Below are positions 1 to 64,000 of a stretch of 64,000 bases of DNA, piece by piece (position 1 is the stretch's first letter; every line of letters begins with the position of its first letter). The position numbers were made by a program, and so were the translations under genes. Under the pieces are notes generated by a model. The model did no database searches. It saw only the letters and a program-made list of their open reading frames with translations, and was not told the DNA's origin. The stretch is from NCBI GenBank assembly GCA_964106915.2, contig OZ066914.1; one strand, 5' to 3'. This DNA is from Podarcis gaigeae. Its lineage: Eukaryota.

Positions 1-943
1 GGGCTATGAAACCCTGGTCTGACCTGACAGGGAATAAAGAACTTTGCTGGGTTCCAGGACAGAATGCAATACTCTTCTGAAGATTGTATTTTGATTTTGT
101 GTTCTCAAGTCTCAATTCTAGTAAATCTGGATCAGGAAGAGTTCCTTCCTTGCTAGTCCTGGGTACTCTTGGATTCTTCCCAGCACTGGCCCTGTGGTGC
201 CTAGCTCCCCTGCCTTTATACCCCTCTACCTTCCACGATGATAAACAGTAAAGATTCCACTGCCACCCCTAAAATAAAATAAAGTGAAGTATATGGATGT
301 TGGAGACACCATTGATGCAAGGAGGAAAAGGGAGCAGTTTTGAATACAAAGTTATTCACTTTGGATTTAGTGCCTCTTGGCTCCATTTGCTCACCCAGCA
401 AAAGGAGCCAAGAGACACTGGATCCTGAATGGAGATCTGTGTACTTAGTGGAACATTTTTTTTAAAAAATACCCCATTTAATTAGCACTAGTTAATTAGT
501 TTAATTTAATGGTGCAGGAAGCATTCCCAATACACATTACTTATACTTCTGTACATTGCCTGTGACAACAGCAAGTCACAAAGTGCTACTATCAATGCCT
601 GCACATGGATGTACATGGGTGGGGTTAGAGGAGAGGCTAGACCAGGCATAAAAACCCAGATAACACTGCTGGGTTAAGTTGCAGGGGGTTATGCCTTAAG
701 TGGGTGTGGCTCAGTTCTTCAACTGACTTTTTGGATTCTTGAGAAACTTTCCTTTCTACTGCATAGGTTTCTCAAAGAAGCGAAAGTAAGAGAGGGACTA
801 ATGTTCAACCCATTTTTACTTCTGGTAAACAGGTTTTGCAGCGTTTTATATTCTTTCAAAAACCTGATTGACCATAGGTAACAATGGGACAAAGTAAATA
901 ATGCCTCTCTCAAGGCATCCAGTTTTCTCTAAAACTACTGCCT

Positions 944-1271
944 CAGACCCTCCAAGTGTCCCTATTTTCCAGGGACATCCCTGTCCCGGTTTCTGATTTG
1001 ATCCTGGAATGTCCTGATTTTTCTTAGGATATCCCTATTTTCATTGGAGAAATGTTTGAGGGTATGGAGATATCCAACCCCCGAGCCATCTGAAGGCAAT
1101 CCTGTATAGGAAAGATTTTTAAAAAAATGTTTAATGTTTTATTATGTTTTTATATATGTTGGAAGCTGTCCAGAGTGCTGGGGCAAACCAATAAGATGTG
1201 TGGGGTATAAATAGTAAAATTATTATGGAATGGGACGTCCCTATTTTCATCGGAGAAATGTTCAAGGTATG
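944..1271. mobile_element. Composite non-autonomous DNA transposon (hAT-like) with captured LINE 3' tail
   Basis: Left end cagaccctccaa is an imperfect inverted repeat of right ends tttgagggtatg (1066) and ttcaaggtatg (1271); internal LINE-type tail resembles 51915-51999. Confidence 0.55.
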
Positions 1272-1439
1272 TGTGCCTGGCTCCTGCTTGGGAATTGGAA
1301 TGTTCATGTATTCATCCATACACATGTTCTATACTTCCTGCAAAAAATTAAAATCTTTTAAAACTAATTCAAAACTTTCTCTACATGGGAAAGTGATTTT
1401 TCCACTGTCCAATAGTTTCCCATGATATTCACATAAGCG

Positions 1440-1700
1440 GGGAGCAACCACTTGGAAGGGGCAGACAAAAAAGGGCCTCCCTGGGATGATGAATACAGGG
1501 TCTGGGCTGGTTCATGAGAAGAGATGAAGTTTCCAAGGTTCTGGGACCCTGAGCCACATAAGGCTTTATAGGTTAAGCCAGCACCTTTAATTAAGTCCAG
1601 AGATAATTGGAAGCCAGTGCAGTTGTGCCAGAATTGGTGTTATATGTTCAGACCTTCTTGCGTTGGTCAACAATCTAGCTGCCGAATTCTACATCAGGTG
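1440..1700 (-). mobile_element. Degenerate LINE (L2-like) fragment
   Basis: aaggctttataggtt...agcacctttaatt...ggaagccagtgcag motif typical of antisense L2-clade relics; recognised by eye. Confidence 0.45.
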
Positions 1701-2064
1701 CATTTACTGCATATAATTTCTTAGGCGAAATTATATAATTCATTTTTGCTTGGGGGCGGCGGGCATGTTCACATGTCTTCCTTTAGCCATTTGTTCATCC
1801 CACACTTTTCAACGCATTTCTCATCACTTTCCAAACTGCAAAAAGTCAGGTTCTTTTTTAAAAAGTGAATTAGTTGCACCAGGATGACAGAGCCCTTTAA
1901 TCCACTTTAAATGCATTCCCCCCAAATAGTGACCATGTGGAGGCACCTTTGCTCTACTTCAGGTAGAGGATGCCCATTTGACTCACAAGGTCATTTCTGC
2001 TAAACCAAGCCAAGCCCATCTGCCCTACACCTGATGTCATATGTGACAGCAGATGTGGGACTAT

Positions 2065-2286
2065 TAATGATCTAGCTTAGCCAAAAGGGACTTTGTAGGC
2101 ACTTCAGCTGAATGGCAGTGCCCACAAAGCCCCGTTAACAGTGCTCCACAAGCCCCAACTGTCAACTGATGGTTGGGTATTGCACAGAGCATTGCAAGGG
2201 TCTAATGAAATTCTTTGCGATGTACTCCACCATACCTCTGTGGGCAAAAAACCAAAGAGGTCCCTTCTGGCTAAGCTAGATCATTA
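2065..2286. repeat. 27-bp inverted repeat pair (MITE-like)
   Basis: taatgatctagcttagccaaaagggac (2065-2091) vs gtcccttctggctaagctagatcatta (2260-2286): 26/27 complementary. Confidence 0.7.
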
Positions 2287-3351
2287 GTTATCAGGTCAAA
2301 GATGGGTGGGTGACCCTCCCCACCTGTCAGACTTGGCCCACAAGGGATGGGGGAGATAACTATCTGGCTTGCTGGCCAGATCCAGCTCCCCACCCCTACT
2401 TTACTTTTATAAGTAGATATTGTAGCCCAGCCTTCCATCTTAATATGGAATTACGGTATAATGCTGGCCTGAGGATTGTTATTCGGCTCAACATCCCTGG
2501 ATAGTACTAAGTGCCTAGCAGCTTGCAGCATATTGAATTCCCTCGCCTGGCTTCTTTCTTTCCTTCCTTCCTGAAGTTGAGGCCCTTAAAATCACTCCTC
2601 GTAGGGCTCTGATAAATTGCTGTGGAGACAGCAAACTTTTCCTCTTCCTTACTGCACAGGTGGCTGTTTTGTCCTACATTCCATCCTAGCTCACTTCCTG
2701 TTGAGGGCTGTTCTAGGGTCCTGTTTCAGTGATCATAGAAGCAGTTCCAGTACACAGAAATATCTGAACACTCGGGTATCCTCTGATGACAGGAATGTTG
2801 GAGCTGGGATGGTATTATTAGAATAGTGTTTGGCAAGGAAGTCAGAGCAGGGAGCGTGTTTACTAGAGAGCTTTGTGCCCAGGCCAAAGGCATTAAAATG
2901 CTTCAAGATCTGCAAACAGATAAGAGAGAGTGGAGAGAAAGTACTTAAGATGGCAGAAAAGGTGGCTATAAAAATAATCTCTATCTGGTGGGAATTTTTG
3001 GTCCATTTCATAAGACAGAAAAATCTCCACTTCAGGGGACATGGCCTAGAAAAGTTTTTACTGGTACAATTGAACAGGAAGACACAGCTCAACAGCAGGG
3101 AACAGCTGCCTACACATAACTGCTGACCAGACAGAGAGAATCTTGCAAAAATAACTTACCTATCTGCACAATTTTCCATATTTATACATCTGTCTGTGTG
3201 TCCACCTTTTCCTCCTGGACTCACTTTGCCGACGTGGGAAGTGATGGAGAATGTAAAAAGCGGCTTAGTCATCAACTTGAGACAATAGTTTATAAGCTGG
3301 CATGAATGTCTTCGTGACAACCTCAGCCATCTCCTCCTCCTTTGCACACCT

Positions 3352-3475
3352 GTTTTAATTAATTTTTATAATGAAATGTTTTTAGAATGTTGGATTATTT
3401 GATTGTTTGATTATTTGATTGTTGTTAGCTGCCCTGAGCCCGGCTTCGGCTGGGGAGGGCGGGATATAAATAAAA

Positions 3476-3527
<52 letters not shown>
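3352..3527 (+). mobile_element. LINE 3' tail ending in (TTA)n microsatellite
   Basis: gctgccctgagcccgg...gggcgggatataaataaaaa then (TTA)n at 3477-3527. Confidence 0.65.
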
Positions 3528-6500
3528 GTTTACAATTCTGCTGCCATCAAGTGACATGGAACTGCTGAGATATTTCACACTGTTGTGGCTCTCACCTCAG
3601 ACTGTGTTTAAAGGAGTTCTGGTCAAAAGGAAATGCCTGTCATGCGTAACTAAAGCCGAGGAGCAGTTATAATTATAAGTGTAATAGGTTGCTATCACAG
3701 GTCCAGTCTCTCATTCCTTTCACCGAAACATAATCACAGGACAGGTTGAAGCAAATTATATGTGCCACTGTATAGGGTTAGAGCAGCTTACCTGTATGCT
3801 TTATTATGCTGCCTGTGAGGTCTGGCTGAGGGAAATACACAGAGTGACTGTCAGACAAATTTTATACCTGCCACTTAAAGTGCTTTTGAGCTTCTTTCCA
3901 TCTGTTGGTGTGAATGTGTGAAATACAAAAATGCTGTTTTAAATTGATTGTATGGGGGGGGGTGTTAATTGATTGATGACTAATGAAGGAAGGTGGATTT
4001 ATAACTTCTGTGTGTTTTTATGTCACCTGTGAAAAGACACATTCTTTCTGCTTTTTAGTACCCCACCCATCATTTTCCTCATCTCACTATATGTATTTGG
4101 GATTCCCCCCCCCCCCCACACATTTTAACCTTGGGGAAGGCCTCCTTATGTCATAGTTAACAGGCATAGCTCTCTTGCCCAGTTCCCTCTCCTTCCCCAG
4201 GGCTGTCTGCTTCATACCATCTCCTTTGGTATTTCTCCCCTCCGTCTGGTCTGGGTGAAACTTGACAATCTGGGGTCAAGCTCTGCCAGTTGTGCTAGCA
4301 TTTGTTTCCTCCAAGATGATTTGCAAATGCCCAGAAGGCTTTTCCAGACTGTGTTCATTTCAGGGATGACCAGAGAGTGGTGAGAGTTGTAGGAATTCCC
4401 ATGGATGAAATCGGTTGTTTTCCTCTCAGTCTTGTTAGTTACACCGGAGGGGCAGAGAAAAGGTGAAGGAAACTGCATTGTGGAACAGGTAATAGTGAAA
4501 GAAATGGTGGCAAGACGGGGAGGAGAACGGGGCAGGCAATGAAGAAAGGTCAGTACCCAGTGTTCGGGCTCTGGCAACTACAATAAGCGATAGGATTATA
4601 TTGGAGTCTGGTCATAGGGAAGTATGGACCAGCATCTGAGAGAGGCAAGTAAGGTGAACATCTTTTGCTTGAGCAGCTAGACATTTAAAGTAGGAGACCC
4701 ATGATTTCTAAGTGGTGATAATGCACACTCACTGAAACAAAGGAGGATTCCCAAGTGCACTGTGATATGCCTGTGCTAGATTATGCCAGTGTGATTTCAA
4801 CCTAAGTGTGTGTGTCAGGGGTGAGGAAACTATTGCCTTCAAGCTGTTGTTGAGCCAGCACAGAGATGTTGAGAGCCATATGTCCTCAATCCCTGGAATA
4901 TGGGCCATGGAGTATGTCTGTGCATGTGCATGTACAGATGAATATGTGCATATATAGACTAGATAAATAGAAGCTGTGGAGAGCAACCATGGGGTGCTCG
5001 AACCAGAGTGGGAGAAGAGAGCAGTAGATGTGAGAGAACAAGGTGGTTATCCACAGTGCAGCTGTGAGCAGACTTTGAGAAATATTGTCCCAGAGGAAGA
5101 GGTAAATATGAAAATAAAGATAAGCATTATTCGTGGAGTCTCCCACCCTTACATGTTCCCACTGTTTGCTGGGAATCTGGCTAGTAAACAGATAAAATGG
5201 GGGAGAACATCCTCTCATAGGCTAGCTGAAAGATAACTTTTCCTTCAGTCTGATACATTGGGAATGTGGGTCTTGTCTGGTAAATATTGAAGAACACTAA
5301 CACACCAGCAGAATTTTTGAGTCTTTTGGCCATACTCTCAGCAATCATGGATCACATGAGCACTTACTAAATTGTGTGAGACATTAAATCCTTATTAGCA
5401 GCTTAAACATAGCCTTTTAGCCATAATTTCACATTTAGGTTTGCTGGGCCAATTTCTCCACTTAAGAAGATCTGATCAATTAAATGTGTGTTGCTTGTGT
5501 TCTGCAAAGCCCCTGGCTTGAAGCATCATGCAGAAAAAAGGATACAGTTAAGAGAAAGTGAAACACACTTTAAGTCTCACTGAAATAACAAAATAAAATA
5601 ACACTGTGTTTAGATCATGCTGATTTCAGTGGATTGTATTAGTTGGGATTGTAAAGAACTATGAGTTGAACTTGGATAGAAATTAATTAGCCACATTAGT
5701 TTAGTTTTCTTAAATTTTTCCATCACTTACCATGACCAAAGGAAATCCCAAAGAAACTGAGCAGAAAAAGGGGAAAAAATGAATTCTGATAAACTATGCA
5801 GTGTAACAGTAGATAATGCAGTTTCTGTGCCCTATCTTCCCTCAGTTTATCACAGGTGTTACAAGAAACAGTAGTGCCAAGGGAGAGAAGCAAATCTTCA
5901 ATAACAGGTAGCTGTGCTTCTGTTTTAGCGTTAATTGCATGTTTTGGTTTTGTTTTGTTTTGAAATCCTAAAAGAGCATATTTGGTCCAGGACTGCAGTC
6001 TTTACAAATGTTTCAGGAAAGAGGAAGTTTTGAGTATGTCCATTCTCTTGTAGAAGGCCTTGTATAGATTGTAATGCTATAAGGACAGTTTATCTGTAAC
6101 ACTGTAGACAGTTGGGGATGCAGGGATTTCTTGAGCTGCCCTGCTTTCACTATAATGCAGCTATAAATTAGGGATTTAAAGGCTCAAAAAATTGCATCCC
6201 CTCTCCAAAATTTTCAATTTGATTTGGCAATGCATAATCAGAAGCATCTAGTCCACCTTGACGGATTAGAGCTACCAGAGCAGGTGTTTTGGTTTCATTT
6301 TTTCAGAAAGTTGGAGGTGGTTTTGTTTTTATTCTTTTGGAGGGGGAATGTAGTGCCAACACCCTGAAAGGAAATGCTGATCTGATTCCTGGAGAAAAAG
6401 TGGTAGGAATCCAATTTGGAATTGAGTGAGCGTAACTGTTTCCTGTTATTGAACATGCCTTTTTTATGCAACATATTTTAGCGTATGTATTTCTGGATTA

Positions 6501-6589
6501 AACTGATTTTTAAGATCCTTTCTGGACTGGTTTTATGCCTGGTTTTGGAATAAAAACTTTTGGTTGCATTAGTGCATAAGTAGCCAAGG

Positions 6590-6700
6590 CAATGCCTTCA
6601 AAGTGTTGTTATACTACAACTCCCATTATCTCTGACCATGTTGGCTGGGGCTGATGGGTGTTGCAGCCCAACAACAACTTGAGAACATCAGGATGGCTCC
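6590..6700. mobile_element. Palindromic hAT-type MITE (degenerate)
   Basis: actacaactcccat...gatgggtgttgcag core shared with the 52617 element. Confidence 0.6.
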
Positions 6701-7100
6701 TCCTGTGTTAGTGGGTAACCCATATCAGTAAATGGACATAATGAGTGTGACCTTGTTGATTGTCCTAGGCCTCTCACATAACTTGCAGTGCAATTTACTA
6801 TGGTATCTTTCTGGGTACTTTGTGGTGGTAGGATTAGGGAACACAGTCTTGCAGTGGTTCTGATCATTGTGGAGGATTGATCCTAGAAGGTGGTGCTGGG
6901 AGATTATAGACTTTCTAGCCTTTGGCATTCAGGGTGCCACAAGTTTTCATCTTGTCCCCATTGCTTTTTAATATCTGTATGCAATTACTGAGAATGGTCA
7001 TCCAGAAGTTTAGGCTGAAGTGTCACCATACACTGATGAAATGCAGCTCTACCTCTCAATATAAGCAACAAACCTGAGGAATTAATGTGGGTGAACAAAT

Positions 7101-7152
7101 TCAGTGCAGATAAGACAGAGGTGCTGTTGACTCAGTGCAGATAAGACAGAGG
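7101..7152 (+). promoter_or_regulatory. Candidate erythroid enhancer: duplicated AGATAAG flanking TGACTCA
   Basis: 21-bp direct repeat at 7101-7121 and 7132-7152; GATA at 7108 and 7139; AP-1 core at 7128-7134. Confidence 0.4.
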
Positions 7153-8517
7153 CTCTGTTCCTCTGCGTGACTATAGTCAAATCTGTTTGGGACGTGGTTA
7201 TCCTTCCTTGTATCCTTACCCCTTCCTTCCTGGATTTGCTGGTTGTAGCTTTTTTGCTGTTGCTTCATGGTGAATGGAACAAAGCTTTCTCCATTCACTT
7301 GTAAGGAGCAGGGAAAGGGGGCTGAAGCAGGAAAATCCCTTTTGCGGGAAATCAATCCCTACCCTTGCATACAATAAGATATGGCAGATTGTATAGGGTG
7401 AAAATCAAGTTTTAAATTTTGCCTAGGATTGCAAAAGAGCTTGCACTTGTGTGCATTATCTGAGCTTTTCTTTCTGCTCTTTTAGAAGGTTGAAGAAGGC
7501 AATCAGGATTCATGTTACGTCTTTCCTCCCAAAAAAGGACAGAAAATGTGGATTGTGAGAAAGAGAGAGGACCAGTCCTTCTAGCCCCTTCCTGTGTTCT
7601 TCCCAGTGTGAATTAATTTTCCCCTTTTGGAGAATATAGTGTCTACAACTCCATTTCTGTGTCATGCCAAGCCCACCAGTAGCCCACCCACCCTGTTCCA
7701 GAAACAGGACTTCCATTTTAGGCATGCGCACAGGCATTTGTTTACCTGTCCATTGCCATTTTTTAAAGAAAACAACAACAATGAACTATGTTTTCTAGTC
7801 TAACAGACTTGCACAAAACAGTAGGTTAAAAAATAAGAAAGTGTGTGTGTTGTGCCTAGATGCACAAACAGTCCACCAATGGAAGTAGAGAGAATAGCCC
7901 CCACCCACATTGAAAGAACCCACACTATGTGCTTCAGTATGTCCACAGTTGGGTAACATGAAAAACATGTTCGCCCCCCCCCCCCCCGAAAATCTCAGTT
8001 AAAGTTGGGAGGATGGAGAACAATGCCAGCACAGGCTGCCACTTGAATGAGGACAGTTTCATGTGGACAACCTGAAAAATATACACACATGGGATGCATC
8101 GATTCCACTTCAAAGTAAATCCTGAGACTAGCAGAATGTTTTTCTGAAAGCTCCACACAAAGGCAGGCTGTGCTATGCGAAATGCAATCTTCCTGTAAGT
8201 TATATCCCCACCTACTGGGCACAGTTAACTCTGATGCATTCAAATACCCTGCTGGTGGCTGCTGCAATATTTCATAACGTGCAGAAGCCAGGAGTTAGAA
8301 AAATATGTAAACGGCAGTTGTGGCTTGCAGCTTCCTTGAATTATCTTGAGGTGTCTTGTTTTGCTTTTAGATATGTGTGTGTGTGTATGTGTGTGTTTTG
8401 GTGGCAGTGGGAGACTAAGAACATGTTTTCCTGGGAGAGGTAACACTTTGCTTTGCTTCCCTTCAGGGGCCTTTTCATGCTAACTAAAACAAGAACAGCA
8501 GCCAAACGCCCAGAACT

Positions 8518-59411
<50,894 letters not shown>

Positions 59412-62400
59412 CTAGACAGGTGGCTTGGTCCCGCCAGATGCCTATGTTCTAATGTGCATAACGGGGGGGAAACCTGCATGTCTGAGTGTCCCTGGGCACT
59501 CCTGGCACCACTCAAAACACTGTTCTCATCTCCACAACACAGCCTTGCTTCTCATTTCCCACCACATCCCCATCTCTCTCCCCCACACAACCCAGGGCAT
59601 CAAGCCAGTGTTTCAGAGCTGCGAGGTGTGTGTCCTTGGTTGGTTCATTGGGAATGCAGAGTTCAGCAAGGCTGACCTTGTGCGTGATCATGCTTTGCAC
59701 ACCTCTCTGTGAACAAAGAACTGCTTCAGGGGAGAAGACAGTGTGTCGATTTCAGGGGCTTTTTATGGAAGAAAGGAGTGAAGCAGGAACCTAGCCCACC
59801 CCAAAAGAGAACTGAATGAAAACCATGATGGCTCTGGAGCAATTCTGCTTATCTCAGAGTTTGGGGGAAATGCGTCCTCAACTCATTGCCAAAAGCCCTG
59901 GTTCCCAGAAGCTGCTTTCCCAAATCGTCCATTGGAATAGAACCGTCATGTGGAATTTCACCGTCATCTATAGCACAGGCACACCATGCATCAAGATCCA
60001 ACCCTCATGCTGGAAGTCAGTTTTCTCTTTTCAGCAGGTCTGATGCTCTTTGCAGGGGCATCTGTGACGTACGCACACACGCATGCACAATACCGTGTCA
60101 CAAAGCACAGAACTTTCTCACCAAAAGGTTCCACCCAGAGTCCACTGTGTTGGTGGCGGAATCCTTGCTCGATTATAAATGAATCAGGGTTGTAACCAAA
60201 GAGGAGAGCATGACCCATGTTCAGACTTCTGCACTAAATTGGTTAGAATGGAGACGTGTTAGAAATGTGTGTGTGTGTTTGTGAAAAAGAGAGGAAGTTT
60301 GCTCACCCGCTGCAAGCACTAGGAATACAACGAAGCTGAAGTTAGTTGCAGCTACGCCCCCACTGAGAAGCAGCCTGTTGGGTTTCAGTGGACTTTAGCC
60401 ACCATTAACTTTTGCTGAATTGTGCCCCACATTACTTAATGAGGTTTTTATCAGCCCCACTATATTTATGCCGGGGTTAACTTTGTGACTAGGCTGAATC
60501 CAGGTGCCCTCCCCTCCCCTGAGCTTTCTGTAAACATCTGTTCTGTGTTGGCTCAGCTCTCCAGAAGCAAATGGCTCCTCTCTTGTCCCTCCGAGGATGC
60601 GTTGTGCCCGAGCATGGCCTTTGGTAATCCATTGCACTGCTTACACTTCTGTAGAATGGAGTGTGGCTTTCTCAGTTACTGTAAATGCAGTCTTAATCCC
60701 AACTGCTCCCTTCTGCAGAGACCTCTGCCTGTGATGTGTGGGTGTCTGAATGGCTGTTTAAAATATATACAGGCACATCTAGCTCCGACCTTATGATAAA
60801 GTTCACACGCCCCTTATCCAAGGAAGGAATTCATCATCCCCCCTCCCAAAGACAGATGGCTGCTCAGCTTATTTGCTCTTTTGGAACATATTGCTGGAGA
60901 GCTAATTGCTTTTGACATTGAGTGGAGCCTGGAGATTGCCTTTCCTGCAATGGCCTCTTTGCAGCCATAGTAATACTAAGGATTCTGAAAACAGCAGGCT
61001 CCCATTCTTCAGTTGTCTTTTGAGCACCCCACCCCTAGGGCTCATTGCGATTTCTAAACCATGTTTTCTTTGTGGGTGCCATATACCATACAAAAAGTGC
61101 CTTAACCTAGGGGCATCTCATTATCATCACTCCAGGAGTACGCAGGCTCTGTAAACACCATGAACAGATTGGTTTGGATTCTCCTCGCTTGAAAAGGAAG
61201 CTATGAAACTGTCTCTTTAAGCAAAAGAGATGGGGATCTGGAGGGGGGGGGCTGTCTTTGCCTCACACCCACAGCTGTGGGAAAATGCAGGGCTTGGCTT
61301 GACACTTACTGTCATGGATCCAGGCACCAACAGGTGAGGCTTGAGGTTTTTCCACATGTTACCTTTTGTCAAGTCTCAAAAGTGTTAAATTTTTCCAGAT
61401 CTCCTGGGCTGTAATGGGTAGCTGACAATCGGCTGCCTTACTATTGTGATGAGCAGAGCAGATTCTTCCACAATGCTACATTCGAAAAGCCAATACATCT
61501 AAATGGTTTTGGATTATAGTGTTCCGGGTTGTGGAGTCTGGTAGCATTAACCCCACTGAACATTACCAGTACAGTTATACGACGGCTTAGCTGCCAGCCT
61601 TCTCCTTTCTGCCATTATAAAACATCACTGCCATAAAGGATGATCTTCCCCCTTTTATGTTCAGGATGCACCCCTAGGTGACTGCTGAACAGCAGGTTGT
61701 ACCACAACCCACATCTTGCAAAATTGGGTTTTTAAATATGAAATTAATCAGTAGGTGCAGGGATGATTGCAAGGGGAGGTGGAGAAGAAAGTTGAAAAGC
61801 AGAGCAGGCAGCCTTACTAATTAAGCATCCCTCAATGATGCTGGTAACTGGTGCCACTTGGGGGCTGATAGGGCAAAAGGCAAGGAGACCTGCAGTAGGC
61901 TTAGCTAGAGCCAACTAAATCTGGTTTTGCCACTGTGTTCTACAAGTGCAACACCAAGACTGAGGAGCAGAGCCACACTCTTGACTGGTTCTAAGTGGGA
62001 AGGCAGGTAGCCATGAGAGCCCCATTAATTCTAATGGCGAAACTTCCACTGCTTCCATAAGCCTTTCTTGCTTCCAGAGGAAGAGCAAGCAGCGCCCGTA
62101 AAGACCCTCAGTCAGAGCAGTCAACCCACTAATACTTCTCTGTTGCTGCACAGTTGGGACACTAGTCAGTGATAATAGCATGCTATTACAACAAAGGCTT
62201 GAATATTGTGGATAATTTGCCACAGCGCTGATATTCAAGGCATGCAGCCCTAGCCTGTGCAGATAAAGGGGCGCCTATGCTCACTGAAAGCAGTTAGCTT
62301 AGGCACATGTGAAACAAGGCCTATTTAAGCAGAATGCCTTTATGCTCCATTTCAAGGCTAAAACATGGAAGGAGTCTCTCCACCAGGGTACTGATGGTTA

Positions 62401-63916
62401 TTGCTAGGGAGGGCCCAAAGGTGCAAAAGGGAGAGGGAACTTTTCTCTAGCAAAATCAGTGGGCATGCTTAGGAACAAGAGCCCCCAGCCTGCCTGGAAT
62501 CGGCATTCTTCTGGTGACCTTACAAAGCCGTGCTGAAAACCTGCGGGCTGCTTATCGTCAGCCTGTTCATTGGTGCCCAGACGACGATGCCAGCATTGGG
62601 GAAGACCAGTGCGTCTTTGAGCACATGCAGAGAGGTCCCGTCCCCCCTGCCTCCCTGCTTGCAGCTGAGCAGTACTGGCACCTTTTTTTCTAGAAAAGAA
62701 AGCACTGCCTGCCATACTTACAATCTGAATGCCCCCAAAGTGGTTTTCTCCACTCTTCCAGTCCATGCTTATAGGGGAAAGATATACTTTATGAGCCTGC
62801 TGAAGTGAGCACAGAATGGCTCAACTAAGAAAAGGGGGGGGGGGAGGCAGGATGTTTGGACTTCATTGTGGGATTTTAAAAAAATAAAATCTTATGTGAG
62901 GCAGCTCTGTCTAGGAGAGGCACCAGGCAAGGAATAGTAGGGATCCTGCAAGTTTAGGGTGACCGTTTTCTTTTAGACAACAAAGCACATGAGAATTAGG
63001 AGGAGCCGATTCTCCAGCAAATTCCACCAGGAAGAGAAATATTTACTAAACATGCTACCCAACTGCAATTGTACAACAAATATACCTTTGGGACCTCATA
63101 AGCATTCTGGCTTTAGCAAGCTCAGCCATCCCTTCCCTTCCTGGAATATATTTTCACCTGTCAACTCCTGAGTTTCAGGTATGGTAAAATGCTCCTTTTC
63201 AGGAAGCTGAAAACACACAAAGCTAGGCTGAAATGTTATTTGAGACTATTCCTGCTGTATGACCACTGCCCTATACTAGGCTATATGCTAAATAAGGAAG
63301 TTGCTTCAGACCTTATGTGTACTTGTTCTGCTCCCCCGTTTCTTTAACCTTTTGCTTGTGCACAGCACCATAAGCTGTGCTCCCAGACCTCTGTTTGGTT
63401 TCAGCTTGGCGCGTTTCGAGTGCAGTCATTGTCGGTGTGCCATTATGTCTCGCTGCATTGTGCTCCTGCCCATTACAGACCCAGGGAGTGTTATCATTTC
63501 CCTAGCAGGAACCATTTGCTGTCTGGCAACTTGCAGCCTTCCTGTGCCTGGCTGCGCCTAGCTCTTCCTTCTTAGATCTAAAGCGACTTCACCTCCGTCA
63601 AGCGGCTCCTCCATCAGGCTTAGCTCTCCAAGACCCCACTACTAATGCAGAGGTCAGGACCTGTCAGAAGGGAGCTCCACATGCACCAGGCCCAGAACAT
63701 GTTTGCTTCAGAAGAGCAAAGGCTGTTTCTTGGAGATACGGAGAACAGCTAAAGTAGCCCAGGACCTCTCCTACAGGTTTATAGGGTTTGGGGGTTCTTA
63801 CTCTTTTAAAAACAGCTAGGCACCAAGTTCCACCTGCTCCAATGTGCTTCCACTGTCCAGAGAAAAGAGCTAAAGCTTCAGAATGTGCTTCAGAAGCAAT
63901 TTAATAACATTTTTCT

Positions 63917-63934
63917 AATAAATGAACAAATAAA
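63917..63934 (+). terminator. Tandem polyadenylation signals, likely end of the long SPTB 3'UTR
   Basis: AATAAA at 63917 and 63929, followed by a GU/U-rich tract (gattttgtgtgcaatttctgtttgtt). Confidence 0.65.
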
Positions 63935-64000
63935 CCCTTCTTGGCTCCTGGATTTTGTGTGCAATTTCTGTTTGTTAAGGGCTCACCCACAGTTACCTGC

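Noticed and set aside
8371-8466. Extra 5'UTR exon 8371-8439 with donor GAG|GTAACA
   Set aside because: It would leave a 27-nt intron, too short to splice.
59412-64000. Convergent neighbour gene (PLEKHG3 lies tail-to-tail with SPTB in mammals)
   Set aside because: No minus-strand coding exon is recognisable within the window.

Overview
Vertebrate genomic DNA. The repeat content (Squam3-like SINE, CR1, Penelope, hAT MITEs) points to a squamate reptile, probably a lacertid lizard; this is an inference. The window holds the whole coding region of erythroid-type beta-I spectrin (SPTB) on the + strand. I traced 35 coding exons with GT-AG boundaries and consistent phases from the ATG at 8518 to the TAG ending at 59411 (7071 nt, 2356 aa): two CH domains, spectrin repeats with the ankyrin-binding and tetramerisation regions, and a PH domain. 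Bases 1-8466 are upstream/first-intron sequence with no identifiable promoter. A probable 3'UTR of about 4.5 kb ends at tandem AATAAA signals near 63.9 kb. The introns are full of SINE, LINE, Penelope and DNA-transposon relics. I found no convincing new multi-gene system. The best leads are: (1) a degenerate erythroid short-isoform tail, with a candidate replacement terminal exon; (2) a W->L change in the ankyrin-binding helix; (3) a uORF whose stop overlaps the start codon; (4) a GATA-AP1-GATA module made by a local duplication; (5) a 5S-rRNA-headed SINE sharing its CR1 tail with tRNA-Lys SINEs; (6) a decayed Penelope hammerhead ribozyme. Comparisons with human proteins and RNAs are from memory and need a real alignment.
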